50,310 bases of DNA, from the NCBI GenBank assembly GCA_046540335.1, contig JBKHFH010000004.1, forward strand, positions 1 through 50,310. The letters run 5' to 3'. Every line of letters starts with the position of its first letter. The stretch's first letter is position 1. Position numbers and translations under genes: made by a program. Positions 9,821-19,484 of the stretch are shown piece after piece. This DNA is from Thermoplasmata archaeon (GTDB taxonomy: Archaea; Thermoplasmatota; Thermoplasmata; Halarchaeoplasmatales; Halarchaeoplasmataceae). Under the pieces are notes generated by a model. It was not told where the DNA came from. It saw only the letters and a list, made by a program, of their open reading frames with translations, and searched no databases.

Positions 9821-9830
9821 ATTACAACCA

Positions 9831-10430
9831 TCAACCTATCATCCGTGCTCTTATAAGCGCCCGTAGAGGCACTCCTAAAACGTCATCTCTGCCGTTCTTG
9901 TTAACGATAACAGTACACAGCTTAACATTGGCGCCCTCCTCTTCGAGGTCTGTCACTGCGCCTTTCATCGTCTCTCCCGTATTGATAACATCATCGACAA
10001 CGACTACATTCTTTCCATCCACTCCCGCGTAATTGGAGGCGAGTGTGCCCCCACCCTCCATTCTGTTCTCTTGAGGAGGCCTATAGATGGCTAACTCTCT
10101 ATCCAACTGGTCAGAGACTAGAACTGCTGCGGGAACACCGTTTACAGCGAGGCCGACTACGGTCTCGACCTCGGTATCCATCCTCTCTATCTCTTCGATT
10201 ATTATATCTGAAAATAAACTAGCGAGGTAACTTATCCTTCTTCCAAATACTCCTATCGATCTCCAACCTATCTTTACGTCCATAGGGGGTTTTTGTTCCT
10301 CAATATCACGGGTCAAAAGCCAGGTGACGGTATCTGGTGAAACGTTGAGTTCATCAGCTATCTCCTTCTCTTTCAATCCCCTTTCTTTGAGTCTTTTCGC
10401 TTTATCTACTAACTTCTCTATTCCTTTCAT
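9831..10430 (-). CDS. gfcR: HTH plus orotate-phosphoribosyltransferase-like protein (GfcR-like)
   Basis: N-terminal HTH (EIADELNVSPDTVTWLL) and PRPP motif VVVVDDVINTGET. Start moved to MKGIEK at 10430 to avoid overlap with the AOR gene. Confidence 0.85.
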   Translation of the reverse strand: MKGIEKLVDKAKRLKERGLKEKEIADELNVSPDTVTWLLTRDIEEQKPPMDVKIGWRSIGVFGRRISYLASLFSDIIIEEIERMDTEVETVVGLAVNGVPAAVLVSDQLDRELAIYRPPQENRMEGGGTLASNYAGVDGKNVVVVDDVINTGETMKGAVTDLEEEGANVKLCTVIVNKNGRDDVLGVPLRALIRARMIG

Positions 10431-10461
10431 CGTCTCACTCGATACGTAAATCGAACTGTCA

Positions 10462-12282
10462 TTATTTAATATTGTGGTGGAGGTCAATACCGAGTTCTGA
10501 GAGTTTCTCATCGGTCGGAACGCCTCTTTCGTTCCAGCCCCTTGCCTCATAATAATCGTCAAGCATATTTTTCACTTGTTCCTCTGTGAGTTTCGCGCCA
10601 TCTAGGTCTTCCACCGGAGTAGGAGTGGAGAATTGTTCTGGAACGTGGAGTCTTTTCTTTAAACCGGGGTCCTGTTCAAGGCCGTAGAGTCTCTCCATAT
10701 TGTATATCCTTTCTCCTATCTTGTAGACTTCTTCCGCCGTCATATCGAAACCCAGATGTGCCTCGATGAACTCGCTCATCATCTGGGGAGAGTAAACGTC
10801 TCTTCCGGTCAATTTACAGGAACCTAAAGTATCATGAAGAGTAACATAATTCTCTCTCCAGGCAACGTATTCTTTTCCTTCCACAGATCTATTATCCTTA
10901 TCCATCGTCACCCACTCTCCTCTATCATCGGCGGTTTTACCTCCACCAAGCTCTATACCGTCGCAGTCGGAGCGCAGGTGACACGCACCTCTTGTAGATG
11001 TGTAAAAGCCGAGTCCCATTCCTTTCAGCGCCCGTGGATCATATGCGGGAGGACTCATACCATTCACGTGGACCGCTAACTCTTCACTCTCGAACTCCTC
11101 TCCGATCTTCTTCACTCCTTCAGCAGCGATATCACCGCTATCTTCCCTATAAGCGATCTTTCTCAACAACTCTTTGACCTTTTCAGCATCTCCAAATTCG
11201 AAATCTTCATCTACATCTCCGTTCTCACTCAATCTCATCAAGAATCCGATGCTGTTCCCGGCGCTTATAGTATCCATGCCTAAATCATCACACAGATGAT
11301 TGGCTTTTGCGACCTCTTCTATATCACCTATCGCCAGATTGGAACCCAGCGCGAAAGAAGTCTCGTACTCCACATCGACTATATCCTTATAGACCTGACC
11401 GCACCTGCACGGACATCTATGACAGCCGTTGTTACCGCTTATATCATCTTCCCAGTGATAGCTGCTTAGTTTATCTGCGTCCTCGAATGAGCCGCTCTCC
11501 CAATACCTTGTAGGGAAAATACCTAATTCAGATGCCATACCACTGAATTTGATAGTGCCGTGAGAGCTATAGGCATCGTAACTATCTTTTCCTACACCGT
11601 CTTCCTCAGTAAATTCAGAAAAAGCTCGACTTTTCAATTCATCTATCTTTTCGGGATGGACAGATTCGATCTCTTTCCAACCATCTACGACGATACCCTT
11701 CAGGTTCTTCCAGCCCATCACCGCCCCCAGTCCTGTCCTTCCCACTTCCCGATCATCTCCTGATATTATAGCGTACCTCACAAGGTTCTCTCCTGCCGGA
11801 CCTATCACAGCGGCACTTCCCCCGTGTCTTTTCTTCAATATCTCTTCAGACTTTTTTATGCCTAGCCCTCTGAGTTCTGTAGATTCCTTCACCGAAACCC
11901 CTTCCTCCTCTATGGAAAGATAACTCAACTTCTCAGCCTTACCCTTTATCACGATGGCGTCGAAACCCGCTTTTTTGACTTCTTCCCCCAAAGAACCACC
12001 GTATATCCCCTCAGCCATCATACCGGTCATAGGGGACTTTGAATAGAAACCGCATTTCTCCGTCATCGGGATCTTACTTCCATTCAGAGCGCCTGGTACA
12101 AATATCAGAGGATTTTCTTCCGAGTAAGCTCTGATTTTACCTTTAGTTTCTTCGTGAAGTAGTTTTATCCCTAAGCCGTTACCTCCTAGGTACTTTTTCA
12201 TGGTCTCTTCTTCAACTTCTTTCGTCTCTGTCTCGCCTCTTGATAGATCGACCTTCAATACCTTATTCCATGTTCCCGCCAT
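10462..12282 (-). CDS. aor: Aldehyde:ferredoxin oxidoreductase family protein (W-pterin), paralog 1
   Basis: YLGGNGLG, KSPMTG, IGPAGENLV, GRTGLGAVMG, EYET, DDLGMDTIS and YYEARGW motifs. SD-supported start at MAGTWNK. Confidence 0.93.
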   Translation of the reverse strand: MAGTWNKVLKVDLSRGETETKEVEEETMKKYLGGNGLGIKLLHEETKGKIRAYSEENPLIFVPGALNGSKIPMTEKCGFYSKSPMTGMMAEGIYGGSLGEEVKKAGFDAIVIKGKAEKLSYLSIEEEGVSVKESTELRGLGIKKSEEILKKRHGGSAAVIGPAGENLVRYAIISGDDREVGRTGLGAVMGWKNLKGIVVDGWKEIESVHPEKIDELKSRAFSEFTEEDGVGKDSYDAYSSHGTIKFSGMASELGIFPTRYWESGSFEDADKLSSYHWEDDISGNNGCHRCPCRCGQVYKDIVDVEYETSFALGSNLAIGDIEEVAKANHLCDDLGMDTISAGNSIGFLMRLSENGDVDEDFEFGDAEKVKELLRKIAYREDSGDIAAEGVKKIGEEFESEELAVHVNGMSPPAYDPRALKGMGLGFYTSTRGACHLRSDCDGIELGGGKTADDRGEWVTMDKDNRSVEGKEYVAWRENYVTLHDTLGSCKLTGRDVYSPQMMSEFIEAHLGFDMTAEEVYKIGERIYNMERLYGLEQDPGLKKRLHVPEQFSTPTPVEDLDGAKLTEEQVKNMLDDYYEARGWNERGVPTDEKLSELGIDLHHNIK

Positions 12283-12401
12283 ATAGCTACACCATCCTCC
12301 TAAAATGTATAGGAGCATATAGTTTTAATCGTCTATCACCTTGGCTAAAGAGGAAGATTTTCCCTAAATATATATAGGTTGTACTCAAGTTCAGGATTCA
12401 C

Positions 12402-13118
12402 ATGGCTAACTATTCGGTCGTTCTGATGGAACCTCAGACACCAGGTAATATAGGAGCAATCGCTAGGTTGATGGGGAACTTCTCTATCGAAAATCTATAC
12501 CTGGTAGACCCTGTTCAGATCGACGACGAAGCGGAAAAAAGAGCGATGCACGCAAAGGATGTTTTAGAAAACGCTGAGATAGTCGATGATTATGAAGGAC
12601 TGGTTTCAAGATTCGATCTCGTCATTGGGACCTCGGGTATAAACACAGAAAAGAGAAAAAAATTCCTGAGAAAAGCGGAAACAGCAGAAGATCTTGCGGA
12701 ATCCCTCAGTGATTATGAGGGTGAAGTAGCGCTGGTATTCGGCAGAGAAGACAAGGGTTTGAACAACGAAGAACTGAAAAAATGCGACAGGTTGGTGAGG
12801 ATCCCGGCCTCGGAAGATTATCCTATCTTGAATTTGTCCCATGCGGTAGGTATAGTTCTATACGAGATCTTCAAGGAAAAAGGAGATGGAATAGTCAAGC
12901 ATGAAGAATTTTCCAGCGAGAAGAGCGAACGGGAAAGACTTCACAGATCTTTCTCTGATATCTTAGATGAGATAAGATATCCTGAGCACAAGCACGATAG
13001 AACCGAAATCATGTTTAGAAGGATCTTAGGGAGAGCCTCGTTGACGAAGTGGGAGTATCACCGGCTGATGGGTGTTTTCTCACAGATATCGAAAGAAATT
13101 AAAGGTGAGGACAAGTAA
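12402..13118 (+). CDS. trmJ: SPOUT RNA methyltransferase, TrmJ/LasT family
   Basis: PGNIGAIAR, LVFGREDKGLNNEEL and YPILNLSHAV motifs. Confidence 0.9.
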   Translation: MANYSVVLMEPQTPGNIGAIARLMGNFSIENLYLVDPVQIDDEAEKRAMHAKDVLENAEIVDDYEGLVSRFDLVIGTSGINTEKRKKFLRKAETAEDLAESLSDYEGEVALVFGREDKGLNNEELKKCDRLVRIPASEDYPILNLSHAVGIVLYEIFKEKGDGIVKHEEFSSEKSERERLHRSFSDILDEIRYPEHKHDRTEIMFRRILGRASLTKWEYHRLMGVFSQISKEIKGEDK

Positions 13119-13120
13119 GA

Positions 13121-14950
13121 TTAGGGAAGATATTTTTCCACTTCGCTCATACTCAAGGAGTTCAACTTTTCGGAAGTTGGGCCGTTATCTTTCCAACCTC
13201 GTTCTCTGTAATATTCATCTATAGTCTTCTGTAATTCATCCTCATCTATCGGTTCCTCGGCACTTTCGCCTCTAGGTAGAGATTCTTTTAGCCGTGCGGG
13301 CAAACCATCATCCTCCCTTCCAAAACCTTCTCTTGCAGAGTGTAATTTCAGCAGATTGTAATTCCTTTCGCCTATCCTCTGCATCTCATCTGCATCGATA
13401 TCTAAACCTGTTACCGCCTCCATCATATCTCTTATCAGCGGAAGATTGTAATCCTCACCGGATTGAGAAACGACAAAGATGCAGAGTATGGACGAATTCA
13501 CAAAAGATCTGATGTCTTCAAAGATTTTTACAGCTTCAGCTTTACCTTCAAACGAAAAGCGACCACTGATTTTTTCCAAACCGAGTTCTGGGATCTCTGC
13601 AGCTCCGGTATCATGGAAACCCTCGTTATGAGTACCTCCTCTAGGACTCGCCGCATAGCTCAATCCAAGACCTCTCTTTCCTCTCGGCTCGTGCATCGGT
13701 ATCTCTTGACCTTTAGAAGTGACTGCGAAGTCGGCGCCTATCTTCTCAGCGAACTCATCGATACCGTCAGCGAGCTGTTCGCCTATCCCTTCTCTCTTCG
13801 CGATCTTATCGATAAGATCGATCATAGCTTCTGAATCGCCCCACTCGATATTTCGGTCGAGAATGCCCTTCTCCGATGCCTCCATCAGAAAAGCTATGGT
13901 GTCACCAGCACTGATAGTATCTATCCCGTACTTGTTGCATTTTTGGTTCGCTAAAGCGATAGAAGATAGGTCGGAATTCAAGCAAAGAGAACCGAAGGTC
14001 GCGATCGTTTCGTATTCAGGACCTCCATACCTTTCTTCGACTTCTTCTCCGGCGAACTCTGTTTTTACTACCCTCTTACACCTGACAGGACAGGCGGTGC
14101 AGTTGTCCCTTTCTTCAAGTATCTCTTCGTAAAGTACAGTTCCGTCTATCTCCTCAGCCTGGTCAAATACGCCCTCCTGGAAGTTCTTCGTCGGCAGGAT
14201 GCCCATCTCGTCGAGAGGTTCGATCGCACCAGTGGTGCCGTACTTTCCCCATTCCACTGTACCGGACTCCTGAAGTTGATCGAAGAAATCTCTCTTCTTT
14301 TCTTTCAATCTCTCCTCATCATGTACAGGTAGCTCTTTTGTTCCCTTCGCAAGGATCGCTTTCAGATTTTTACTCCCCATCACAGCTCCAAATCCTGGTC
14401 TTCCTGCAGCCCGGTTTCTATCGTTGATTATACAGGAGAATCTTATCAGATTCTCGCCGGCTTCTCCGATCGCCGCAACTCTTCCACCGCCGTGAATTTC
14501 TTTGAGCTCTTCGTCAACATCGGCTACTTCCTCACCCCACATATCATCGGCTTCATTTATAGAGGGACATTTTTCATCTATTGAAATATAAACTGGAGAA
14601 TCCGCCTTTCCCTCTATCATTATACCGTCGTAACCTGTTGTAGCTAATTCGTGAGCAAAAAACCCACCAGCATAAGAACCGCTCACCGAGCCGGTTTTGG
14701 GTGACTTGGATAAAACCACATGTCTTCCGGAGCCGGGAATTTTAGTGCCCTGAAGAGGACCCGTAGCAAATATCAAGATATTTTCCGGCCCTAACGGATC
14801 TTCACCGCCGTTCATCTCTTCCAACAATATCCGAGCACCTATGCCTCTACCTCCCATATATTTATGCAGCCACTCATCAGGTATCTCATATTCCTCTAAA
14901 GAACGATCCGAAAGATCGACTTTCAGATATCTGCCGAAACAACCCTTCAT
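13121..14950 (-). CDS. aor: Aldehyde:ferredoxin oxidoreductase family protein, paralog 2
   Basis: YMGGRGIG, KSPKTG, GFGAVMGSKNLKA, CTACPVRC, GPEYET and YYRERGW motifs. Confidence 0.94.
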   Translation of the reverse strand: MKGCFGRYLKVDLSDRSLEEYEIPDEWLHKYMGGRGIGARILLEEMNGGEDPLGPENILIFATGPLQGTKIPGSGRHVVLSKSPKTGSVSGSYAGGFFAHELATTGYDGIMIEGKADSPVYISIDEKCPSINEADDMWGEEVADVDEELKEIHGGGRVAAIGEAGENLIRFSCIINDRNRAAGRPGFGAVMGSKNLKAILAKGTKELPVHDEERLKEKKRDFFDQLQESGTVEWGKYGTTGAIEPLDEMGILPTKNFQEGVFDQAEEIDGTVLYEEILEERDNCTACPVRCKRVVKTEFAGEEVEERYGGPEYETIATFGSLCLNSDLSSIALANQKCNKYGIDTISAGDTIAFLMEASEKGILDRNIEWGDSEAMIDLIDKIAKREGIGEQLADGIDEFAEKIGADFAVTSKGQEIPMHEPRGKRGLGLSYAASPRGGTHNEGFHDTGAAEIPELGLEKISGRFSFEGKAEAVKIFEDIRSFVNSSILCIFVVSQSGEDYNLPLIRDMMEAVTGLDIDADEMQRIGERNYNLLKLHSAREGFGREDDGLPARLKESLPRGESAEEPIDEDELQKTIDEYYRERGWKDNGPTSEKLNSLSMSEVEKYLP

Positions 14951-15029
14951 CTTTACCCCTCTCCATATAATCCCTTTTCTTTCTATATAATATTTGGTCG
15001 AGATTTGCCAATTTCAGCGTGATTTAACT

Positions 15030-15647
15030 TCATTCACGTCTACTGTCACCGATACCTACCTTCTCCGCCATCAATTTTTTCAATTCATTCCTGTCTCGGG
15101 CTTCTAAACCGAAGTACTCTTGGAATTTAGGACTCGTTCTGAGAGAGTAAGTCCGGCCGTCTCTTTCCGAAAGTATCAATCCTTTATCTTTCAGGGAATC
15201 AACATGATCGTACACTTTTTCGCCCACCATCTTCTTGAGCTCGCTCTGTTTTACGGGTTGATAATACGCGATCAGAGCGGCCGTTTTCAACAGAGGCTTG
15301 CTGAGTTCCTCGTCTTTCATCTCCAAGCCGTATTTGTTCAACCTCGATTTTAACTGGAGTGAATATTTTCTCCCGATCTTGGCTATCTCTAACGCGGTTT
15401 TCCGGTTCTGATACATCCTTCGGATTTTTTTGACTCCGTCTCTGACTTCATCTCTGGGTCTACCTACGGCTTCCTCTATCTCCGGAACAGTAAGAGGATG
15501 GCTTGAAGAAAAAAGTACAGCTTCCACGACCTGCTCTATGTCTTCTTCCTCTGTTCGCATATCAGGAAAAGAATCCGATCCGTCAAATACTTCGTCTTTT
15601 TCTGGCTCCTCTTCGTCATCAGGATGCTCGTCTGTCATATCTGCCAA
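15030..15647 (-). CDS. scpB: SMC-Scp complex subunit ScpB
   Basis: VEAVLFSS, LKTAALIAYYQPVKQSEL and TSPKFQEYFGL motifs; acidic N-terminal tail. Confidence 0.9.
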   Translation of the reverse strand: MADMTDEHPDDEEEPEKDEVFDGSDSFPDMRTEEEDIEQVVEAVLFSSSHPLTVPEIEEAVGRPRDEVRDGVKKIRRMYQNRKTALEIAKIGRKYSLQLKSRLNKYGLEMKDEELSKPLLKTAALIAYYQPVKQSELKKMVGEKVYDHVDSLKDKGLILSERDGRTYSLRTSPKFQEYFGLEARDRNELKKLMAEKVGIGDSRRE

Positions 15648-15776
15648 ATATAAATAATTCGAGACATATTAACTTACCGATAAAACAGCATAAAATTCAC
15701 CTTCCACTTCTTATATCTAGCCCTTATCGCTCTTTAATACCAAAAATCCATATAACCCGATTTCTTTCAGACAACC

Positions 15777-17414
15777 ATGCCCGTAATATCAGTAAACTCA
15801 GATGAACTGCTCGACCTTACCGATTCGGATCAGGTCACTCTACTGGATGTTCTGCCAAAGATAGGTGTAGAGATAGAGAAGATCGAAGGGGATAAATGGG
15901 AACTGGAGATCGATCCTAACAGATGCGATCTTCTTTCTGTCGAAGGTATCGGAAGAGCCGTCCGAGGTTTTTTGGAGAAGGAAACAGGAGTACCAGACTA
16001 CGAATTGAATCCATCTAAGATAGAGACAGACGTAGAACTCAGTGTCCAAGATGTCAGACCGTATATCGTGACAGCGGTCGTAAAGAACGTTGAATTGAAC
16101 GAGCCCATACTCAAGTCGATGATGGATCTGCAGGAGAAACTTCACCTGACGATAGGTAGAAACAGGTCCAAAGTTGCAATAGGTGTTCACGATCTGGAAC
16201 CGATAGAACCGCCTCTGACTTATAAAGCAGTAATGCCGAAAGAGATAAGCTTCCTGCCTCTAGAAAGATCTATAGAGATGGATCTTCAGGAGATTTTGGA
16301 AAAACATGAGAAAGGGAAAGAATTCGCCCATATATTGGAAGATGAGGAGAAATATCCGATCATCTTGGATTCGAAAGATGACGTTTTGTCTTTTCCGCCT
16401 GTGATAAACGGACAGATGACGCAGGTCACTCCAGAAACGGATTCTCTCTTCATCGATATGACGGGAACTGATATGCGGGCATTAGAACAGACGTTGAATA
16501 TTCTGTGCACGATGTTCGCTGAGAGAGGCGCTGATATATATACTACAGAAGTCAACTACGGAAACAGGACCATAACTTATCCAGATTTCGGATCAGATGA
16601 GATAGAAATATCCCCATCAGAATGTAGAGATTTGCTCGGAGTAGATATCAAAAATGAAGAGATCATCGATATATTGGAAAGGATGAGATACGATGCGCAG
16701 GATAAAGATGAAACTATCGAAGTGAATATCCCGGCCTACAGACACGATATCATGCACCCCTGGGATATCATGGAAGACGTCGCTATAGGTTTTGACTATG
16801 ACAATTTTGATGGCACGCTTCCGGAAGACGTCACGATAGGTAAATCGTTATCAAATTCCGAACTGGAAGAGGCGATGGTGGAGCTGCTGGTCGGATATGG
16901 TTTCACCGAAGTCATGAACTACATGCTCAGCAGTCCTGAAAAAGAATTCGATAGGATGGAAAGAGAGCGAGGGGAAAAAATGGCAAAAGTGGAGAACCCA
17001 GTAAGTGAAGACAGTGTTTCACTCAGGACATGGCTGCTCCCCTCCTTACTGGAAAATTTAAAAGAGAACAAGACTCAATCGCTGCCAAGGAAGTTATTCG
17101 AAATCGGAGATATCGTTGTTGATAACGAGCAAAAAACGAAGGTCGCGGCTGTCATCGAGAGTTCGGACGCTGGTTTCACCGAGATGAAATCCATACTGGA
17201 CGGGTTATTGACAAATCTTGGACAGGAGATGACGGTTGAGTCTAAAAAACATCCCTCTTTCATCGAAGGTAGATGCGCTGCTGTTGTCACTCAAGAAGAA
17301 GAGATAGGATATTTCGGTGAGCTCTCTCCCGAGGTACTAGAAAACTTCGATCTAGAGAATCCAGTCGTTGGTTTCGAGCTTCAATTTGATAGGTTATCTG
17401 ATTTGATCGGATAG
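15777..17414 (+). CDS. pheT: Phenylalanyl-tRNA synthetase beta subunit (archaeal type)
   Basis: PNRCDLLSVEG, LQEKLH, SFPPVING, YRHDIMHPWDIMED and LRTWLLPSLL motifs. Confidence 0.96.
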   Translation: MPVISVNSDELLDLTDSDQVTLLDVLPKIGVEIEKIEGDKWELEIDPNRCDLLSVEGIGRAVRGFLEKETGVPDYELNPSKIETDVELSVQDVRPYIVTAVVKNVELNEPILKSMMDLQEKLHLTIGRNRSKVAIGVHDLEPIEPPLTYKAVMPKEISFLPLERSIEMDLQEILEKHEKGKEFAHILEDEEKYPIILDSKDDVLSFPPVINGQMTQVTPETDSLFIDMTGTDMRALEQTLNILCTMFAERGADIYTTEVNYGNRTITYPDFGSDEIEISPSECRDLLGVDIKNEEIIDILERMRYDAQDKDETIEVNIPAYRHDIMHPWDIMEDVAIGFDYDNFDGTLPEDVTIGKSLSNSELEEAMVELLVGYGFTEVMNYMLSSPEKEFDRMERERGEKMAKVENPVSEDSVSLRTWLLPSLLENLKENKTQSLPRKLFEIGDIVVDNEQKTKVAAVIESSDAGFTEMKSILDGLLTNLGQEMTVESKKHPSFIEGRCAAVVTQEEEIGYFGELSPEVLENFDLENPVVGFELQFDRLSDLIG

Positions 17415-17495
17415 GACCAAGGACAAAAATTATAAACTGTCCTTGCTAAAGTCTTAAGACGCTTCGAAAATGGACCGGATTAGATTTTCACATAT

Positions 17496-17653
17496 GCCGA
17501 GGTAGCTAAGTCTGGACCAAGGCGCCGGCCTTGAGAGCCGCCAAACAGGGAAAAGTCCTGACGGGCTTTTCCTCACACTGGGGAGAGATCTCCGGTGGAT
17601 CAAGCAAGCCGGTGGTGCTATGCACCTCAGGAGTTCGAATCTCCTCCTCGGCG
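17496..17653 (+). tRNA. tRNA-Ser (TGA) with a 71-nt intron at 37/38 (intron 17536-17606)
   Basis: Acceptor stem GCCGAGG/CCTCGGC, anticodon stem CCGGC/GCCGG, long variable arm GGTGC-TAT-GCACC, T-arm AGGAG-TTCGAAT-CTCCT. BHB motif: CTTG(17530-33) pairs with CAAG(17601-04), flanked by two 3-nt bulges. Confidence 0.93.
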
Positions 17654-18027
17654 CTTTCATAACTTTTGAGCTTGGCGAGAAAGTTTGAAAGCAAGGAGAA
17701 TCTTTGATTCTTCGGCGCTTTTTCTGTTTTCTGAGTGATAGCGAAGAAAATGAAAAAGTGAGTGGAATCTTCGATTCCACGAAACCATCATTATTTTTCG
17801 AACAAAGTGAGAAAAATTGATGGCAAGAGGCTCACTCATTCCTACGTCATTCACGCCGAATCGTCGATTCGAAAACTGTTCAGAATACCAACATATTCTA
17901 AACGCTCATAAACTAAGTTTATTCACTGTGAGGAACAAGTTCCTCACGCTCACAATTCGCAGGAAACCAGAGGTTTCCGAAGAAGAAAAGGACTAAGTCC
18001 TGTGAAATCAGAGATTTGTTCGTCTTC
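17654..18027. repeat. Array of about 12 adjacent hairpins/palindromes, including three GAATC-N3-GATTC copies and several tandem-GA hairpins
   Basis: Inverted repeats read directly at 17654-91, 17695-713, 17716-60, 17762-80, 17785-823, 17857-71, 17882-99, 17908-22, 17928-47, 17962-78, 17989-18001 and 18005-17. Confidence 0.85.
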
Positions 18028-18079
18028 ACCTTAGCGCTCTTCTTCATAGACTACCCTCTGAGCCTTTATGCTAAAAGTG

Positions 18080-18094
18080 ATATATATATATATA
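18080..18094. repeat. (AT)7A dinucleotide tract upstream of the NosD-like gene
   Basis: atatatatatatata read directly. Confidence 0.9.
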
Positions 18095-18165
18095 ACGGAG
18101 TAAAATATTAATATCATTCACCTAATTATCTTACGAGACATCATCCTTCGAGGAGGTAGATCGGT

Positions 18166-19416
18166 TTGGATCGTAAATCATTACTCACTAGTTGTATTAT
18201 TTTGTTACTCGTTGTTAGCACTGTTGCCTTTGGCTTAGTAGAGAGTTCTTCTGAAAAAATAAATGAGACAGTTGAATCTGAAGATGATCTCTCAATCGAT
18301 CAATCCAGTGAGAAAGAAAGGCTTCACGAAGATGAAATTGAATTCAAAACGGGGGAGCGATGGCCAAGTGAACAAGAAGAAAAAGGTCAACTTGACGGGA
18401 AAGAGGATCTCTTGGAGATTAATCACAGAGAAAAAATAAAAAATCAAATAGATGAAGACAATTACACCACTAGAGAACCGATCAACATCCATGGCAATGA
18501 TGAGTTTCACGAAAAGGCGGAGGAGAATAACTGGTCCGGCGATGGAACAGAACAAGATCCATATATCATAGAGGGGTATGAGATCGACGGTAGCGAGCCA
18601 ACCTATGCGATCATAATCGGACATACCGATGTGCATTTTGTGGTCCGGAACAATTATTTGTACGGTGCTTGGTTTCCAGAACCGTACTGGTACACAGGTG
18701 CAATTACACTTATGAATGTGACCAATGGGATTGTTAATGACAATACTATTAGGGGTAGTTCTTGTGGAGTTAACTTAGGAGGTTCCTATAATAAAATACT
18801 CAACAACACATTAATAGATAATGTTGTTGGTATCAGGATGAGGACTTCCCAAAATAATACAGTAGACAGTAATAACATTACTAACGAAGAGGAGGGTATC
18901 ATGATAAATGCAATTGGTATTCACCTATGGGGTTCTGACGATAATATCGTTACTGAAAATCGTATATCCAATTACAAGAGAAATGGATCGGAAGGTATAT
19001 TTGCGGATAGTGACTCAAAAAACAACTACATCTATCACAACATTATGATCAACAACGAAGTTCACGCTGTGGATCAAGGAGATAATATCTGGAGCAAACC
19101 CTATCCCATTGGGGGTAATTATTGGGATAATCACACGGAACCGGATGAGTACAGTGGACCTGATCAAAATGAATCTGGCTCTGACGGGTTCGTGGATGAA
19201 CCAAAAGAGATCAAAGGTGAAGGAGACAATGTGGACAAATACCCATTAACCACTACTATACCTCCAGAGGTGGAAGAGGCTGATGAAAATGATATTCCAG
19301 GATTTAACTTGACTCTTCTATTGCTTGGTATGGTCTTCGCAGTTGCTATCTATTGCAAGAAAAGCAAGAAAAAGGTTAATGACTATAATAGAGAAAGTGA
19401 ATCTCTATCGGGCTAA
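18166..19416 (+). CDS. Secreted right-handed beta-helix (NosD/CASH-like) surface protein with PGF-CTERM-like anchor
   Basis: TTG start with GAGGAGGT SD, signal peptide, PINIHGNDEF...GDGTEQDPYIIEG and GGNYW...DKYPL motifs, Asn-rich repeats, and C-terminal IPGF + TM helix + KKSKKK. Confidence 0.85.
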   Translation: MDRKSLLTSCIILLLVVSTVAFGLVESSSEKINETVESEDDLSIDQSSEKERLHEDEIEFKTGERWPSEQEEKGQLDGKEDLLEINHREKIKNQIDEDNYTTREPINIHGNDEFHEKAEENNWSGDGTEQDPYIIEGYEIDGSEPTYAIIIGHTDVHFVVRNNYLYGAWFPEPYWYTGAITLMNVTNGIVNDNTIRGSSCGVNLGGSYNKILNNTLIDNVVGIRMRTSQNNTVDSNNITNEEEGIMINAIGIHLWGSDDNIVTENRISNYKRNGSEGIFADSDSKNNYIYHNIMINNEVHAVDQGDNIWSKPYPIGGNYWDNHTEPDEYSGPDQNESGSDGFVDEPKEIKGEGDNVDKYPLTTTIPPEVEEADENDIPGFNLTLLLLGMVFAVAIYCKKSKKKVNDYNRESESLSG

Positions 19417-19484
19417 GCTAATAGTCTTTCAGGCGATACCTCAACTCTCTTTTTTTGTAACCCGACAAGAAGTATAAATGGTAA

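Noticed and set aside
15030-15647. scpB without adjacent smc/scpA
   Set aside because: A dispersed arrangement of these genes is common in archaea.
17536-17606. tRNA intron as a box C/D guide RNA
   Set aside because: A CTGA (17558-61) is present, but it lies in a hairpin loop and I found no RTGATGA C box.
17648-17721. TCGGCGCTTT repeated after the tRNA-Ser 3' end (17648 and 17712) as an attL/attR pair
   Set aside because: It is only 10 bp and 64 nt apart, and is better explained as part of the degenerate hairpin units; no integrase is nearby.
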